A DNA stretch of 64,000 bases from Promethearchaeota archaeon (GCA_048940925.1 JBHLOC010000002.1:128001-192000), one strand, 5' to 3'; shown: positions 1-9,777, counted from the first letter of the stretch. The notes: a model not told the origin generated them from the sequence alone. Numbers and translations: made by a program.

Positions 1-511
1 GAATATCTCTAAATACTTTAGCTAATTTATCCTGTTCATAAATACTCGTAAGCATGAAGTCAAAATCATAATCCTTAAATAGGTCTACAAAAATTTCTTT
101 GGCATTTTTCACATTTGTATCTAATAATTCCTTTTGGTAATTTTCGCTATCGTACTTATGAAAAAACAAGAATATCTTTGGTCTTTCATTATTCTTTCGA
201 TAGAGATCTAATAAATTAATAAAATAGTTTTTTGCTTCTTCAAATGTCTTAGGGTCATGTAAATCAACAATAGGAATAAGAATATCGGTTCCTCGAAATA
301 TCTCAGGTTTTTCCATATATTCTTTACGAAACTCTTCCTGACCCCCAAAATCAAAAATCCCAACTTGTAAACCTAAGAATGGATGTCTTCTCGTTTCATA
401 GAGAATGGTCGGAGCCAAACTCTTGGTATCCTCAGGAGATTTCGCAGCAAAAGCAACTGAATATACGCTTGTCTTACCACATCCACTTAGTCCAACTAAA
501 CTAATTTTCAT
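1..511 (-). CDS. Small GTPase, Rag/Gtr1-like (runs off the left edge; absent from ORF track)
   Basis: Manual translation from ATG at 511: MKISLVGLSGCGKTS (G1), APT (G2), DFGGQ (G3), FFHKYD (G4), LTSI (G5). HKxD and TSI are typical of Rag/Gtr GTPases. Confidence 0.85.
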   Translation of the reverse strand, partial: MKISLVGLSGCGKTSVYSVAFAAKSPEDTKSLAPTILYETRRHPFLGLQVGIFDFGGQEEFRKEYMEKPEIFRGTDILIPIVDLHDPKTFEEAKNYFINLLDLYRKNNERPKIFLFFHKYDSENYQKELLDTNVKNAKEIFVDLFKDYDFDFMLTSIYEQDKLAKVFRDI

Positions 512-589
512 TTTTGACTTTCCTTTTTTTAATGGTTTTTATAATACTTTATTTCATTTAACTTTTTTAATAAAATTTAATGTAGATTT

Positions 590-2080
590 TTATTCTTTTG
601 GTGTTATTTTTAGTGTTCTGGAAAATATTTTTCCAAACGAATCAGTTGAAGCTTCAACTAATATATTTGCTTGCATAGGTTCACCATCCGGTATATCCAA
701 AGGATAACCAATTTCAATTGTCTCAAACGGGAATAATTCTCTTATTGTTGTTATCCAAGGACTTTTTTCAAAAAGATCTTCAACAGCAACGATTCTAATT
801 TTCAAGTCTTCCAATACATAACCTATTGTATTAGTTAATGATATATTCAGAATTCTATCCTCTTCATTTAACTCTTTTGAAACACTAAGAAATTTTCGCG
901 TTCCTAGTGGAGGTGTAACTTCTGCCTGTTCCTCTTCTGGTTTTGTTTCAATTCTCGGTTCTTCCTTTACTTCAGAGTCCCGTACTATAAACACTTTCCT
1001 TTTTTGTATAGTGTATTGGGATACTTTTTTAAGTTTTGCTAAGTATAATACAGCATTCAGGTTAATAGCATTAAAAGGTTCTATTTTTATATAACCTTTC
1101 TTAGCAGCATCTTCTATAATTTCAGTACCAATCCCACTTCTCGCAAATACTGTATTTTTATTTGCTCCACTTCCAACTGAACCGACAGAAATATCCGCAT
1201 TTTCAGCAGTTAAATCTGTGCAAAAATTACAGCTTGAGGACTTAAATTTATCTAATTGTCTAATAGTGTAAGATTTCACTGGATCTACTTGTGGATCATA
1301 ATATAAATGGAATTTTCCCTTACTAATATCCATTTTTTGAACTTTTGATAAATCAATCCCTTCTTTGTCAAAGAATGGATAAATTGCTTCAGCTGAAAAT
1401 GAATCCATACAAAATAATCCAATTTTTAGCACATGACATCTCATAAAATATTTTAACATGCCAGTGGGGCTATCAAACATCTTTGCAACAGCATCAATAT
1501 TACATGGAGTACCTACAAATGCTATTGATCTAAAATCCTGTCTAACTGCATCCATGAGAGCTTCAACTGTTTGGGAGTGACTATAGATAGATCCTGAAGC
1601 TTTGATGGCATCATCTTTACTCGTAATAATCTGTGCTATTGGATACCATGGTTTGTTAGGGTCTTTCATTGTAACCACCGCTGCATCAATTAAATGTTCA
1701 TCAAACAAATAACACAAGAGACTTGTAACCGTGCCCCCATCCTGTCCGCCAATAACTTCTGGAATGTTAGTATTTGCAACATAGCCTGTTCTGAAATCTC
1801 CCATCAATTGGTATGGATCTGTTATTGTTCTTGGGCACTGATTATAACAAATTCCACATCCTGTACATTTGCCAATGAGTTTTGGTTGTCCTGCTAAATC
1901 ATCCCATTCTAATACTGGGCATACGGCAGCACATGTACCACACTGAGTACAGATTCCAGTTCTTATAATTTCTTTAGTAAGTAGACCAAAACTATCTTTA
2001 GCGCCTTCTAGCTTTTTTTGAATATATTCAAATGAATATTCATATGGAGATTCGGTTTTATCTGATTGATTTTCAGTCAT
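590..2080 (-). CDS. F420 hydrogenase/dehydrogenase beta-subunit family (FrhB/FdhB-like) with N-terminal ferredoxin and an extra C-terminal domain
   Basis: Two CxxCxxCxxxCP motifs, GQDGGTVT, VGTPC, IGLFCM, CNFCTDLTAENADISVG; ~120-aa extra C-terminus. Confidence 0.85.
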   Translation of the reverse strand: MTENQSDKTESPYEYSFEYIQKKLEGAKDSFGLLTKEIIRTGICTQCGTCAAVCPVLEWDDLAGQPKLIGKCTGCGICYNQCPRTITDPYQLMGDFRTGYVANTNIPEVIGGQDGGTVTSLLCYLFDEHLIDAAVVTMKDPNKPWYPIAQIITSKDDAIKASGSIYSHSQTVEALMDAVRQDFRSIAFVGTPCNIDAVAKMFDSPTGMLKYFMRCHVLKIGLFCMDSFSAEAIYPFFDKEGIDLSKVQKMDISKGKFHLYYDPQVDPVKSYTIRQLDKFKSSSCNFCTDLTAENADISVGSVGSGANKNTVFARSGIGTEIIEDAAKKGYIKIEPFNAINLNAVLYLAKLKKVSQYTIQKRKVFIVRDSEVKEEPRIETKPEEEQAEVTPPLGTRKFLSVSKELNEEDRILNISLTNTIGYVLEDLKIRIVAVEDLFEKSPWITTIRELFPFETIEIGYPLDIPDGEPMQANILVEASTDSFGKIFSRTLKITPKE

Positions 2081-2434
2081 AATATTTATCTAAACGCTAA
2101 ATTGAAATTAAATAATTAAAAGTTCAATTAATTAAAGTAGCCTTTGTAAAAAAAATATTATTATTAGTAGAAAAAAGTAAGGAATTTTTGAAAAATAAGT
2201 CAAAAAGTAATAGAAAAAATCAAAATAAATTAGAATATCTAATTTTAATCTTTTAACTCAAAATTTCTAGTAGATTATATTGAAGTTGTAAAAAATTTTT
2301 TAAAAAAAAGAAGGGGGAGTAATTAGAATTCCCTATTAAATTTAATTGTAAATCGATTTAATTAAATAGGTCTTGATTTATCAATGTTCTCTATACGATT
2401 ATTTTTATTATCCTTTATAGTCCACATTTGACTT

Positions 2435-3064
2435 CTAATTTTTAAAATGTTTTTTAAATCCGATTATTATTATAGTTGAAATAACCGCAATTATTCCGAT
2501 AATGAATAATATGTTATATCCAAGAATTCTACCACCACCACCAGTAGAAGGTTCTTTTACATCTTCTGGAACTTCTGTAATTGACCATGAGATTACCCAA
2601 ACATGAATCTTAATTGGTATGCCAATAAAAGTGGTAGAAACATAAGTCTCTACTACTATTCCTGTTGCAGTGTCAATATAGGTATATCCAACTGGGTTTT
2701 TAACATAAATACATTCACAGGAAATGTCACCATAAGTTCTAGTTTTTGTAGTGTAATTTGCTTTCAATGCTTCTATGATAGTCTCATTCATTAAATATTG
2801 TTCATCTATAGTTTGATTGAATTCTGTTGCTGTACCGTTTATATATTTTGTACCAAGTGGTCGACCTGGAGGATCGGGCACAGAAGTTATTTCTATCCCT
2901 TCGGTGCCTCGAATTTTATCTTGTTCTTTTCTCGTGTAGGTCCATTCGTCACCAACATTCACTAAATAATCACATGTTGCATGTAATGGAAAAATGGAAA
3001 TAAACATAGTTACGCTAAACAAGATCATTAAAAAGATAGATATTTTTTTACTAAATTTTTTTAT
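2435..3064 (-). CDS. Secreted/surface protein with signal peptide and C-terminal I(L/P)GY-TM-basic sorting tail; probable ATA start at 3064
   Basis: Extending from ATG 3028 to ATA 3064 adds KKFSKKISIFL (basic n-region). AGGTGA lies 7 nt upstream. C-terminus GGGGRILGYNILFIIGIIAVISTIIIIGFKKHFKN. Confidence 0.7.
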   Translation of the reverse strand: MKKFSKKISIFLMILFSVTMFISIFPLHATCDYLVNVGDEWTYTRKEQDKIRGTEGIEITSVPDPPGRPLGTKYINGTATEFNQTIDEQYLMNETIIEALKANYTTKTRTYGDISCECIYVKNPVGYTYIDTATGIVVETYVSTTFIGIPIKIHVWVISWSITEVPEDVKEPSTGGGGRILGYNILFIIGIIAVISTIIIIGFKKHFKN

Positions 3065-3642
3065 ATTAAAATCACCTTTAGATTGGTTTTTAACATTAGA
3101 TTTTCTTTCACAATTTAATGATTATGTAAGTTAAAGTATCAATAATCAATAATCACATATAAACATTATAGCATTTTGAAATATTGAAGATTTACGCTCA
3201 CTTTCAGGATTATTAATAAAAAATAAGCATTTTTTGAAATCAAAGTTTAAAGATTCCACATTAGGGACAAAAATCAGTGAAAATTGTATTATTTTTCCAA
3301 TTCAATTCTTTTTTCTTTTTTTTGCGTTAAAGACGTAGATTCTTAGTGTATTGTGGTAACTATTTACTATTTTCACTAATATACTTAAAAATGGTTGATC
3401 ATCATGAATCTCCAATAATTAAATAATATTCTAAATCTTCATTTAAACCTTTTATACTTTTATTGAGTAATCTTTTAATTTTACTTAGAAGAACTTTTAA
3501 AGATTTTGGATAATTATCTAAACTTCAAAGAAAAGAAGATAAAAAAATTTCTTTATATTTGTATTTAAAATAAATTATTGCAATTTTTGCATCTTATTTT
3601 AAATATTTTAAAATATATTTATCTCTGACCATATTTATCAAA

Positions 3643-4461
3643 TTGATGAAAATGACTCTAACTACAGACCAAATTGAACGATATTCAAGACAAATTGTAT
3701 TAAAGGAAATTGGTGGGATTGGACAAGAAAAGCTACTTGATTCAAAAATAACATTGATTGGGTTAGGAGCTCTTGGATCTCCAGTAGCATATTACTTAGT
3801 TGCAGCAGGTATAGGCAATCTGAAAATAATTGATTTTGATAAGGTTGAGGTTTCCAACTTACATAGACAAATTCTCCATTTTACAAATGATCTGAATAAA
3901 CAGAAAACATATAGTGCTTTTCAGAAACTTAAACTCTTAAATCCAGATTGTGATATTGAATTAGTTAATGAAAGGTTTATTGCAAGTAATGCTAAAGATA
4001 TGTTAAGAGAATCAGATTTTGTAATTGATGGTTCTGATAATTTTCCGACTAAGATGCTAGTAAATGACACTTGTATCAGTTTAGGGATACCATTTACTAT
4101 TGCTGGTGTGTTACGATTTCATGGACAAATAATGACTGTAATACCAGAAGAAAAAACTGCATGTTATAGATGTATTTTTGGAGATTTAGCGGTGGGCGAA
4201 AATATTGGAATGTCGTGTTCTGAGGCAGGAGTAGTAGGATTTATCCCCGGGATATTAGGATCTTTAGAAGCCAATGAAGCCCTAAAATATATTCTAAATA
4301 TTGGAGAACTTATCATAAACAAAATTATGTATATTGATATTCTTAGAAATAGCTTTAACTTTGTGGATCTATATAGAACTCCAGATTGCATTGCATGTGG
4401 TGATAATGCTAAAGATATTGTTGAAGTTATGAATTATGGAAGTGATAATGCATGTCAATAA
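3643..4461 (+). CDS. E1-like MoeB/ThiF/UbaA family adenylyltransferase
   Basis: RYSRQI, GLGALG, SNLHRQ, DGSDNF, CYRC, SCSEAGV, CIACG. Confidence 0.9.
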   Translation: MMKMTLTTDQIERYSRQIVLKEIGGIGQEKLLDSKITLIGLGALGSPVAYYLVAAGIGNLKIIDFDKVEVSNLHRQILHFTNDLNKQKTYSAFQKLKLLNPDCDIELVNERFIASNAKDMLRESDFVIDGSDNFPTKMLVNDTCISLGIPFTIAGVLRFHGQIMTVIPEEKTACYRCIFGDLAVGENIGMSCSEAGVVGFIPGILGSLEANEALKYILNIGELIINKIMYIDILRNSFNFVDLYRTPDCIACGDNAKDIVEVMNYGSDNACQ

Positions 4462-4724
4462 ATAATATTAAAATAACCAACGGAAATATTATTAAAAAAA
4501 TTGATATCAGAGGAAAAGTATGTCCTATGACTTTCGTATATACAAAATTGGCTCTTGAGAAACTTAATACAGGAGATACTCTTGAAGTTTTACTAGATTT
4601 CCGCCCCGCTTTAAAAAGTATTCCTGAAAACTGTAAGCGGCAGGATTTAGCTAAATTTCTCAATATTGAAGAAATAGAGGATGAAGGGACTCTAAATTGG
4701 TTATTAAAACTAAGAAAAATCTAA
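4452..4724 (+). CDS. tusA: TusA/SirA family sulfur carrier
   Basis: IDIRGKVCPMTF (CPxP-like), GDTLEVLLD. Confidence 0.85.
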   Translation: MSINNIKITNGNIIKKIDIRGKVCPMTFVYTKLALEKLNTGDTLEVLLDFRPALKSIPENCKRQDLAKFLNIEEIEDEGTLNWLLKLRKI

Positions 4725-4812
4725 ACTAAAAAGGAAATTTATAGTTATAAGACAAGAGTATAATCTCATACATTTTTTTGTGTTACTGAGTTTTTATCTG
4801 TAATTCTCCATG

Positions 4813-5208
4813 TTAATAATTTAATCTAATCTTCATTTTCGATTGATAATTTCTAATTGCCTCGTGTAAACCTTCAGCAGCAAGATTAGAACAGTGCATC
4901 TTTATTGGAGGTAAACCATCTAAGGAATCAGCTACATCTTGTCTAGTTATTTTCATAGCCTCATTTAAAGTTTTTCCTTTAGCTAATTCTGTTATCATTG
5001 AAGATGTTGCAATCGCTGCAGCGCATCCAAATGTTTGAAAAGAAATATCATCAATTATTTCTCTACCATATTCGTTTTTCACTTTTATATATATAAACAT
5101 AAGATCACCACATACAGGATTTCCAACTTGTCCAATAGCATCAGCATCTTCCATCTCACCCATATTTCTCGGATTCTTAAAATGTTCTATAACTTTTTCA
5201 GAATACAT
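4813..5208 (-). CDS. iscU: Fe-S scaffold IscU/NifU
   Basis: YSEKVIEHFKNPRN, GNPVCGD, FGCAAAIAT, PPIKMHCSNL. Confidence 0.95.
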   Translation of the reverse strand: MYSEKVIEHFKNPRNMGEMEDADAIGQVGNPVCGDLMFIYIKVKNEYGREIIDDISFQTFGCAAAIATSSMITELAKGKTLNEAMKITRQDVADSLDGLPPIKMHCSNLAAEGLHEAIRNYQSKMKIRLNY

Positions 5209-5246
5209 AAGATCGCATTTCTAAAGTTCATTTAACAATATTTAAT

Positions 5247-6473
5247 TTAATAGGATTGATACTTTAATGCGTCATTTTTTAAAACATAATTTTTGCTCCC
5301 TTTTTTAAGTGGTGATATTTTCCTCAGACGAGAAATTACAGGGGGTAGTTTTTCTAAAAAATATTCTATATCATCTTCAGTTGTAAATCTTCCCAATGTG
5401 ATTCTTAATGAACCATGTGCCTCCTCTGGTTTTTGACCGATCGCCAGTAAAACATGAGATGGTTCCAACGATTTTGAAGAACAAGCTGAGCCTGTTGAAG
5501 TTGCGATTCCTTCTTCATTTAAACTTAAAACTATAGATTCACCTTCAATATACCTAAAACCTAAATTAATATTATTAGGGAGTCGTAGCGTAGGATGACC
5601 ATTCAAATAAACCTCGTCAATATTTTCAGTAATTTCTTTGATAATTCTATCTCTAAAACCTCTTAACTCTGTCTTTTCCTTATCCATCTTTAGTTTACAC
5701 AATTCTACTGCTTTTGCAAATCCTACAATTCCTGGGATATTTTCAGTACTTGATCTTAAACCATGTTCATGACCTCCCCCATGTAGTAGGGGTTCAATGT
5801 AATTTTTACTTCCCCATTTTTTATTTTTCTTTACATAAAGCATTCCTACTCCTTTAGGGCCATATAGTTTATGAGCACTGGTGGAAAGCAGATCAATGTT
5901 CATCTGTTCAACATCTATAGGTATTTTCCCAAATGCTTGAACTGCATCTGTATGAAAAATTATATTGTTATCTTTAGCAATTCTGCCAATTTCACTGATA
6001 GGTTCTATAGTTCCTATTTCATTATTGGCTAACATAATTGATATTAATATTGTATTATCTGTAATTGCTTCTTTTAGTTCATTTAAATTAACCAATCCAT
6101 ATTTATCCACATCCAAATAAGTTATATTAAATCCTAAGTTTTCCAAATATCTACATGGATTAAGAACTGCATGATGTTCAATTTTTGAAGTTATTATATG
6201 ATTACCTTGTTTTCTATTTTTCCATGCAACTCCTTTTATTGCTAAATTATCTGATTCCGTTCCAGATGAAGTGAAAAAAATATCATCTTTATTAGCATTT
6301 ATAAATGCAGCAATATTCACTCTTGATTGTTCTAAGACTTGATGTGCTTTTTGACCATGAGAATGCAAACTAGAAGCATTTCCATATGTGTCTTTTAAAT
6401 GTATTATCATTTCATTTAAAACCTCTGGATCTAAAGGTGTACTAGCTGCATTATCTAAATATACGTATCTCAT
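5247..6473 (-). CDS. iscS: Cysteine desulfurase IscS/NifS
   Basis: YLDNAASTP, GTESDN, HTDAVQ, SAHKLYGPKG, TGSACSS. Confidence 0.95.
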   Translation of the reverse strand: MRYVYLDNAASTPLDPEVLNEMIIHLKDTYGNASSLHSHGQKAHQVLEQSRVNIAAFINANKDDIFFTSSGTESDNLAIKGVAWKNRKQGNHIITSKIEHHAVLNPCRYLENLGFNITYLDVDKYGLVNLNELKEAITDNTILISIMLANNEIGTIEPISEIGRIAKDNNIIFHTDAVQAFGKIPIDVEQMNIDLLSTSAHKLYGPKGVGMLYVKKNKKWGSKNYIEPLLHGGGHEHGLRSSTENIPGIVGFAKAVELCKLKMDKEKTELRGFRDRIIKEITENIDEVYLNGHPTLRLPNNINLGFRYIEGESIVLSLNEEGIATSTGSACSSKSLEPSHVLLAIGQKPEEAHGSLRITLGRFTTEDDIEYFLEKLPPVISRLRKISPLKKGSKNYVLKNDALKYQSY

Positions 6474-6616
6474 AACAGTCGCAATTTTTTTTATTATTTC
6501 AACCTATAATTGGAACGCAGAAATTGATAATTTTAAATTTCAATGATATAAATTGTGAACATAAATAAAAAAATAGGTGCAATTTTGTCACATTTATTAA
6601 AAAAATAGCAGTAATA

Positions 6617-6904
6617 TTATCCTCCTGCAATTGCAGGAAGAAAATTAATCTCATCTCCATTTTGAAGTATTATATTAAAATAATCTGAAGAACGAATATC
6701 TTTTCCATTCAAAGCTAAAATTACGAATTTATTCAGAGTCTTTTGAGGAGTTAAAATGATATTTTCAAATTTTTTACCAAAGTCTTGTGATAACTTACCA
6801 AATAGATCCTTAACAGATGAATTATCATTAAGCGATATATCTAACTCACTTATTCCTAAAAAATCTATCAACAAGGAAAAAAATTTAATTTTAATTTGTA
6901 TCAT
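6617..6904 (-). CDS. Ubiquitin-like sulfur carrier (SAMP/MoaD/ThiS family)
   Basis: Beta-grasp pattern ending GDEINFLPAIAGG; likely start MIQIKIKFF at 6904. Confidence 0.88.
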   Translation of the reverse strand: MIQIKIKFFSLLIDFLGISELDISLNDNSSVKDLFGKLSQDFGKKFENIILTPQKTLNKFVILALNGKDIRSSDYFNIILQNGDEINFLPAIAGG

Positions 6905-7041
6905 AAGTATAAATATCCTGCAATATATTAATTCCAAATTATTTAAAAATTCATTAATAACGAAGAATCCTAAGCATTAAATTATTAACATTATAAAATA
7001 AATATTTTAGTGTAATTTTTGCAAATAACAGAATAATGTAA

Positions 7042-7983
7042 GTGATAAAGATAAAAAAGCAAATATTAAAAATCGGGCATCTCTCAACGTCTTACCATAC
7101 TAATTTTATTCTAATGAACAATAAAGATATTTACAATGATCTAAATATGGAAATTTATTGGATTTTGTTTGGTACGGGACCAGAAATGGTTCAAGCTTTT
7201 AAGAATGAGGAGTTAGATATTGGATATATGGGATTGCCCCCAGCAATTATTGGTATTGAAAATGAGGTTCCTATTCAATGCGTAGCCGGTGGACATGTTG
7301 AGGGAACTATTATGATCGGGAAAAAAGAATATAAAAATATCTATCAACTTGATGAAAATATGGATGAAACTTTCGCCCAATTCAAAGGTAAAGCAATAGG
7401 AGTTCCAAGTAAAGGGTCTATCCATGATGTTATTCTTAATCATTATTTAGAAAAATATGATTTAGCGAATAAAATCATGGTAAAAAACTATAAACAAGCA
7501 GAATTTATAGCACTTGATATTGATAAAAACATTCTTGAAGCTGGTGTTGGAACCCCTTCCTTAGCTGCATTTGCATCAACAATTTTCAATTCTCAAATTA
7601 TTATTCCACCATCTTTTTTATGGCCTTATAATCCTAGTTACGGAATTTTTATACATAAAAATCTAGTTGAAAATCGTTCTGACATTGTATTGAAATTTTT
7701 AATTCATCATAAAAGGGCCTCATCTCTGCTTAGAAATTCACCGTCTAAAGCAGCAAAGCTAATTTCAAAAAATATTAACATTATAAGCAAAAATTATGTG
7801 AAATCAGTCCTTAAAATTTCTCCTAAGTATTGTATTTCTCTTTCGGAGGACTATGTTAATTCAACAATCAATTTTGTAAAAATCCTTTATTCACTTCATT
7901 ATATTAAAAGAATTTTGAAAATTGATGAAATATTTAACTTTAAATTTATAAATCAAGTTCACCCTGAACCTGAACATTATTAA
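7042..7983 (+). CDS. SsuA/TauA/NMT1-like substrate-binding-fold protein with no obvious signal peptide
   Basis: FGTGPEMVQAF, LDIGYMGLPPAI, KGKAIGVPSKGSIHDVIL. Confidence 0.7.
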   Translation: MIKIKKQILKIGHLSTSYHTNFILMNNKDIYNDLNMEIYWILFGTGPEMVQAFKNEELDIGYMGLPPAIIGIENEVPIQCVAGGHVEGTIMIGKKEYKNIYQLDENMDETFAQFKGKAIGVPSKGSIHDVILNHYLEKYDLANKIMVKNYKQAEFIALDIDKNILEAGVGTPSLAAFASTIFNSQIIIPPSFLWPYNPSYGIFIHKNLVENRSDIVLKFLIHHKRASSLLRNSPSKAAKLISKNINIISKNYVKSVLKISPKYCISLSEDYVNSTINFVKILYSLHYIKRILKIDEIFNFKFINQVHPEPEHY

Positions 7984-8330
7984 TATTGCATGACTTATTT
8001 ATTGTTTTTTCTTTTTTATAATCGAATAATGTTAATAAAACAATATACAAGACATAATAATAAGAAGTGAAGAAAAGGAAAAGTAAATTTCAATTTTAAT
8101 GAAGATCTCTAATTTAACTAAAAGAGTGGATTATTAAGGGTTGTATTTTTTAATTCAATTATTTTCTCCTTTTCTACTATAAACAAGTATTCTATTGGAT
8201 TTAAAAAGATAGATGTAATTTTGGCATTTTTTTGTATTAAGCATAGTATCTAGGAGTTTACTTAAGTTTTTTTTAGATTATAAATTCCTAACAATTTCTT
8301 TTTTATTTTTAAAATTTTATAGATATTAAT

Positions 8331-8894
8331 ATGCAGTTAGATAATATTGACAAACAAATACTAAGAGAATTATATAAGGATGGTCGTCAGAGTTTAATTA
8401 CAATCAGTAAAAATGTAGTTAAATCTGATAAGGAAATTATGAGTCATACTGGAATTAAAAAACGAATTGATAAATTACAGAATTCGAATGTCTTAAAAAT
8501 TCAGGGGAATGTTAATATTGAAAACCTTAACTATAAGGCTATGATTATACTTTTAGAAATGAAAAGCTATGAAGATAAAAAAAACATAATCAAAGCCTAT
8601 TCCAAATGCCCCAGAATTTTTTTATTGGCACAAATTACAGGTCAATATAATGTCATAATGGGAATTGTAGGACAAACTGTGGAGGTTCTTCATAGATATA
8701 TAAATTTTTGTGGTCCCACAAATAAAGAAGGTATACTTCATTCAGATATTTTATTTATCTCACAATTGGATACTCCAAAATATAATCCCATCAACCTTTT
8801 TAGTGAAAAAAGTCAAGAATGTAGTTGTGGTAATATGTGTAAGAATTGTGAAGCATTTTTAGAGGGAAAATGTGAAGGATGTGGTAATTTTTAA
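8331..8894 (+). CDS. Lrp/AsnC family regulator with Cys-rich C-terminal tail
   Basis: LDNIDKQILRELYKDGRQS HTH start, ITGQYN; tail CSCGNMCKNCEAFLEGKCEGC. Confidence 0.85.
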   Translation: MQLDNIDKQILRELYKDGRQSLITISKNVVKSDKEIMSHTGIKKRIDKLQNSNVLKIQGNVNIENLNYKAMIILLEMKSYEDKKNIIKAYSKCPRIFLLAQITGQYNVIMGIVGQTVEVLHRYINFCGPTNKEGILHSDILFISQLDTPKYNPINLFSEKSQECSCGNMCKNCEAFLEGKCEGCGNF

Positions 8895-9101
8895 CCAAAC
8901 TTATTTTAGAATCCCCAAAAACTAACAGTTTTTTATCAGTTTAAAATTTAAACTTTTCTTTCGAAATTGTTTTAGAATTACACCAAGTGCTAGAGAATCG
9001 TTTAAATTTACCTAGATAAAAGAAAATATAAAAAGATTAATAATTTTTTATAAAATAAAGAATTATATTATGCTTTTAACTATTTTAATATAGGTGATTA
9101 C

Positions 9102-9359
9102 TTGATCATTGCAGATAAATATTTTGTTTCGACTTATGAAGAAAAAAGTAAGTTATTTTCATTATCGCCATCAAGTAAATTTATTTTATATTTATTAAAA
9201 CAAAGAGGAGCTTTAACTCAAAAAGAAATTTTAGAAAAATCTCTTCTCCCTAAACGCACAGTTGCATACGCTTTAAAAAGTCTTCAAGAAAACAAATTTA
9301 TCTCAAAATCAAAAGATATGAAAGATAAGCGCCTGAGCATTTTCGAAGTGAATATTTAA
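9102..9359 (+). CDS. Small winged-helix (MarR-like) regulator
   Basis: GALTQKEI...LPKRTVAYALKSL...DKR. Confidence 0.8.
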   Translation: MIIADKYFVSTYEEKSKLFSLSPSSKFILYLLKQRGALTQKEILEKSLLPKRTVAYALKSLQENKFISKSKDMKDKRLSIFEVNI

Positions 9360-9411
9360 CACTTTTTAAAAATATAATTTCCAATTAATTGAAAATAGGA
9401 GTTGATGTTTA

Positions 9412-9777
9412 ATGAATGAAAAACAAAAATATATATTATATGTTCAAACTAGTGATGAACCCGAACGTCAATATTCCCCTTTAGTTTTGGCTCAAACAGC
9501 TAAGGCCATGAACCTTAAAGCAACAGTTTACTATTTAGGGCAGGGTTTAAGAATCTTAAAACCAGGAGAATCAGAAAGAATAAAATTGGGAAATTTTCCC
9601 ACAGTAAGAGAGATGATTGACAAAACTCTAGAAGCAGGTGTAGAAATTCTAGTTTGTGAAGCATCAAAAAGAATGTTAGGTTGGGAAAAGGTAGACTTAA
9701 TTCCAGGTGCGAAAATAGTTGGTGCTGCTACATTAAATGATTTAGTTCTAGAAGCAGATGCTACACAATGGTTTTGA
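9412..9777 (+). CDS. DsrE/DsrF-like protein
   Basis: GVEILVCEAS, GAKIVGAATL; size and C-terminal F typical of the family. Confidence 0.8.
   Translation: MNEKQKYILYVQTSDEPERQYSPLVLAQTAKAMNLKATVYYLGQGLRILKPGESERIKLGNFPTVREMIDKTLEAGVEILVCEASKRMLGWEKVDLIPGAKIVGAATLNDLVLEADATQWF

Noticed and set aside
3262-3272. TAGGGACAAAA also found at 47915-47925
   Set aside because: Only 11 bp in two copies with no symmetry, so it cannot be distinguished from chance.
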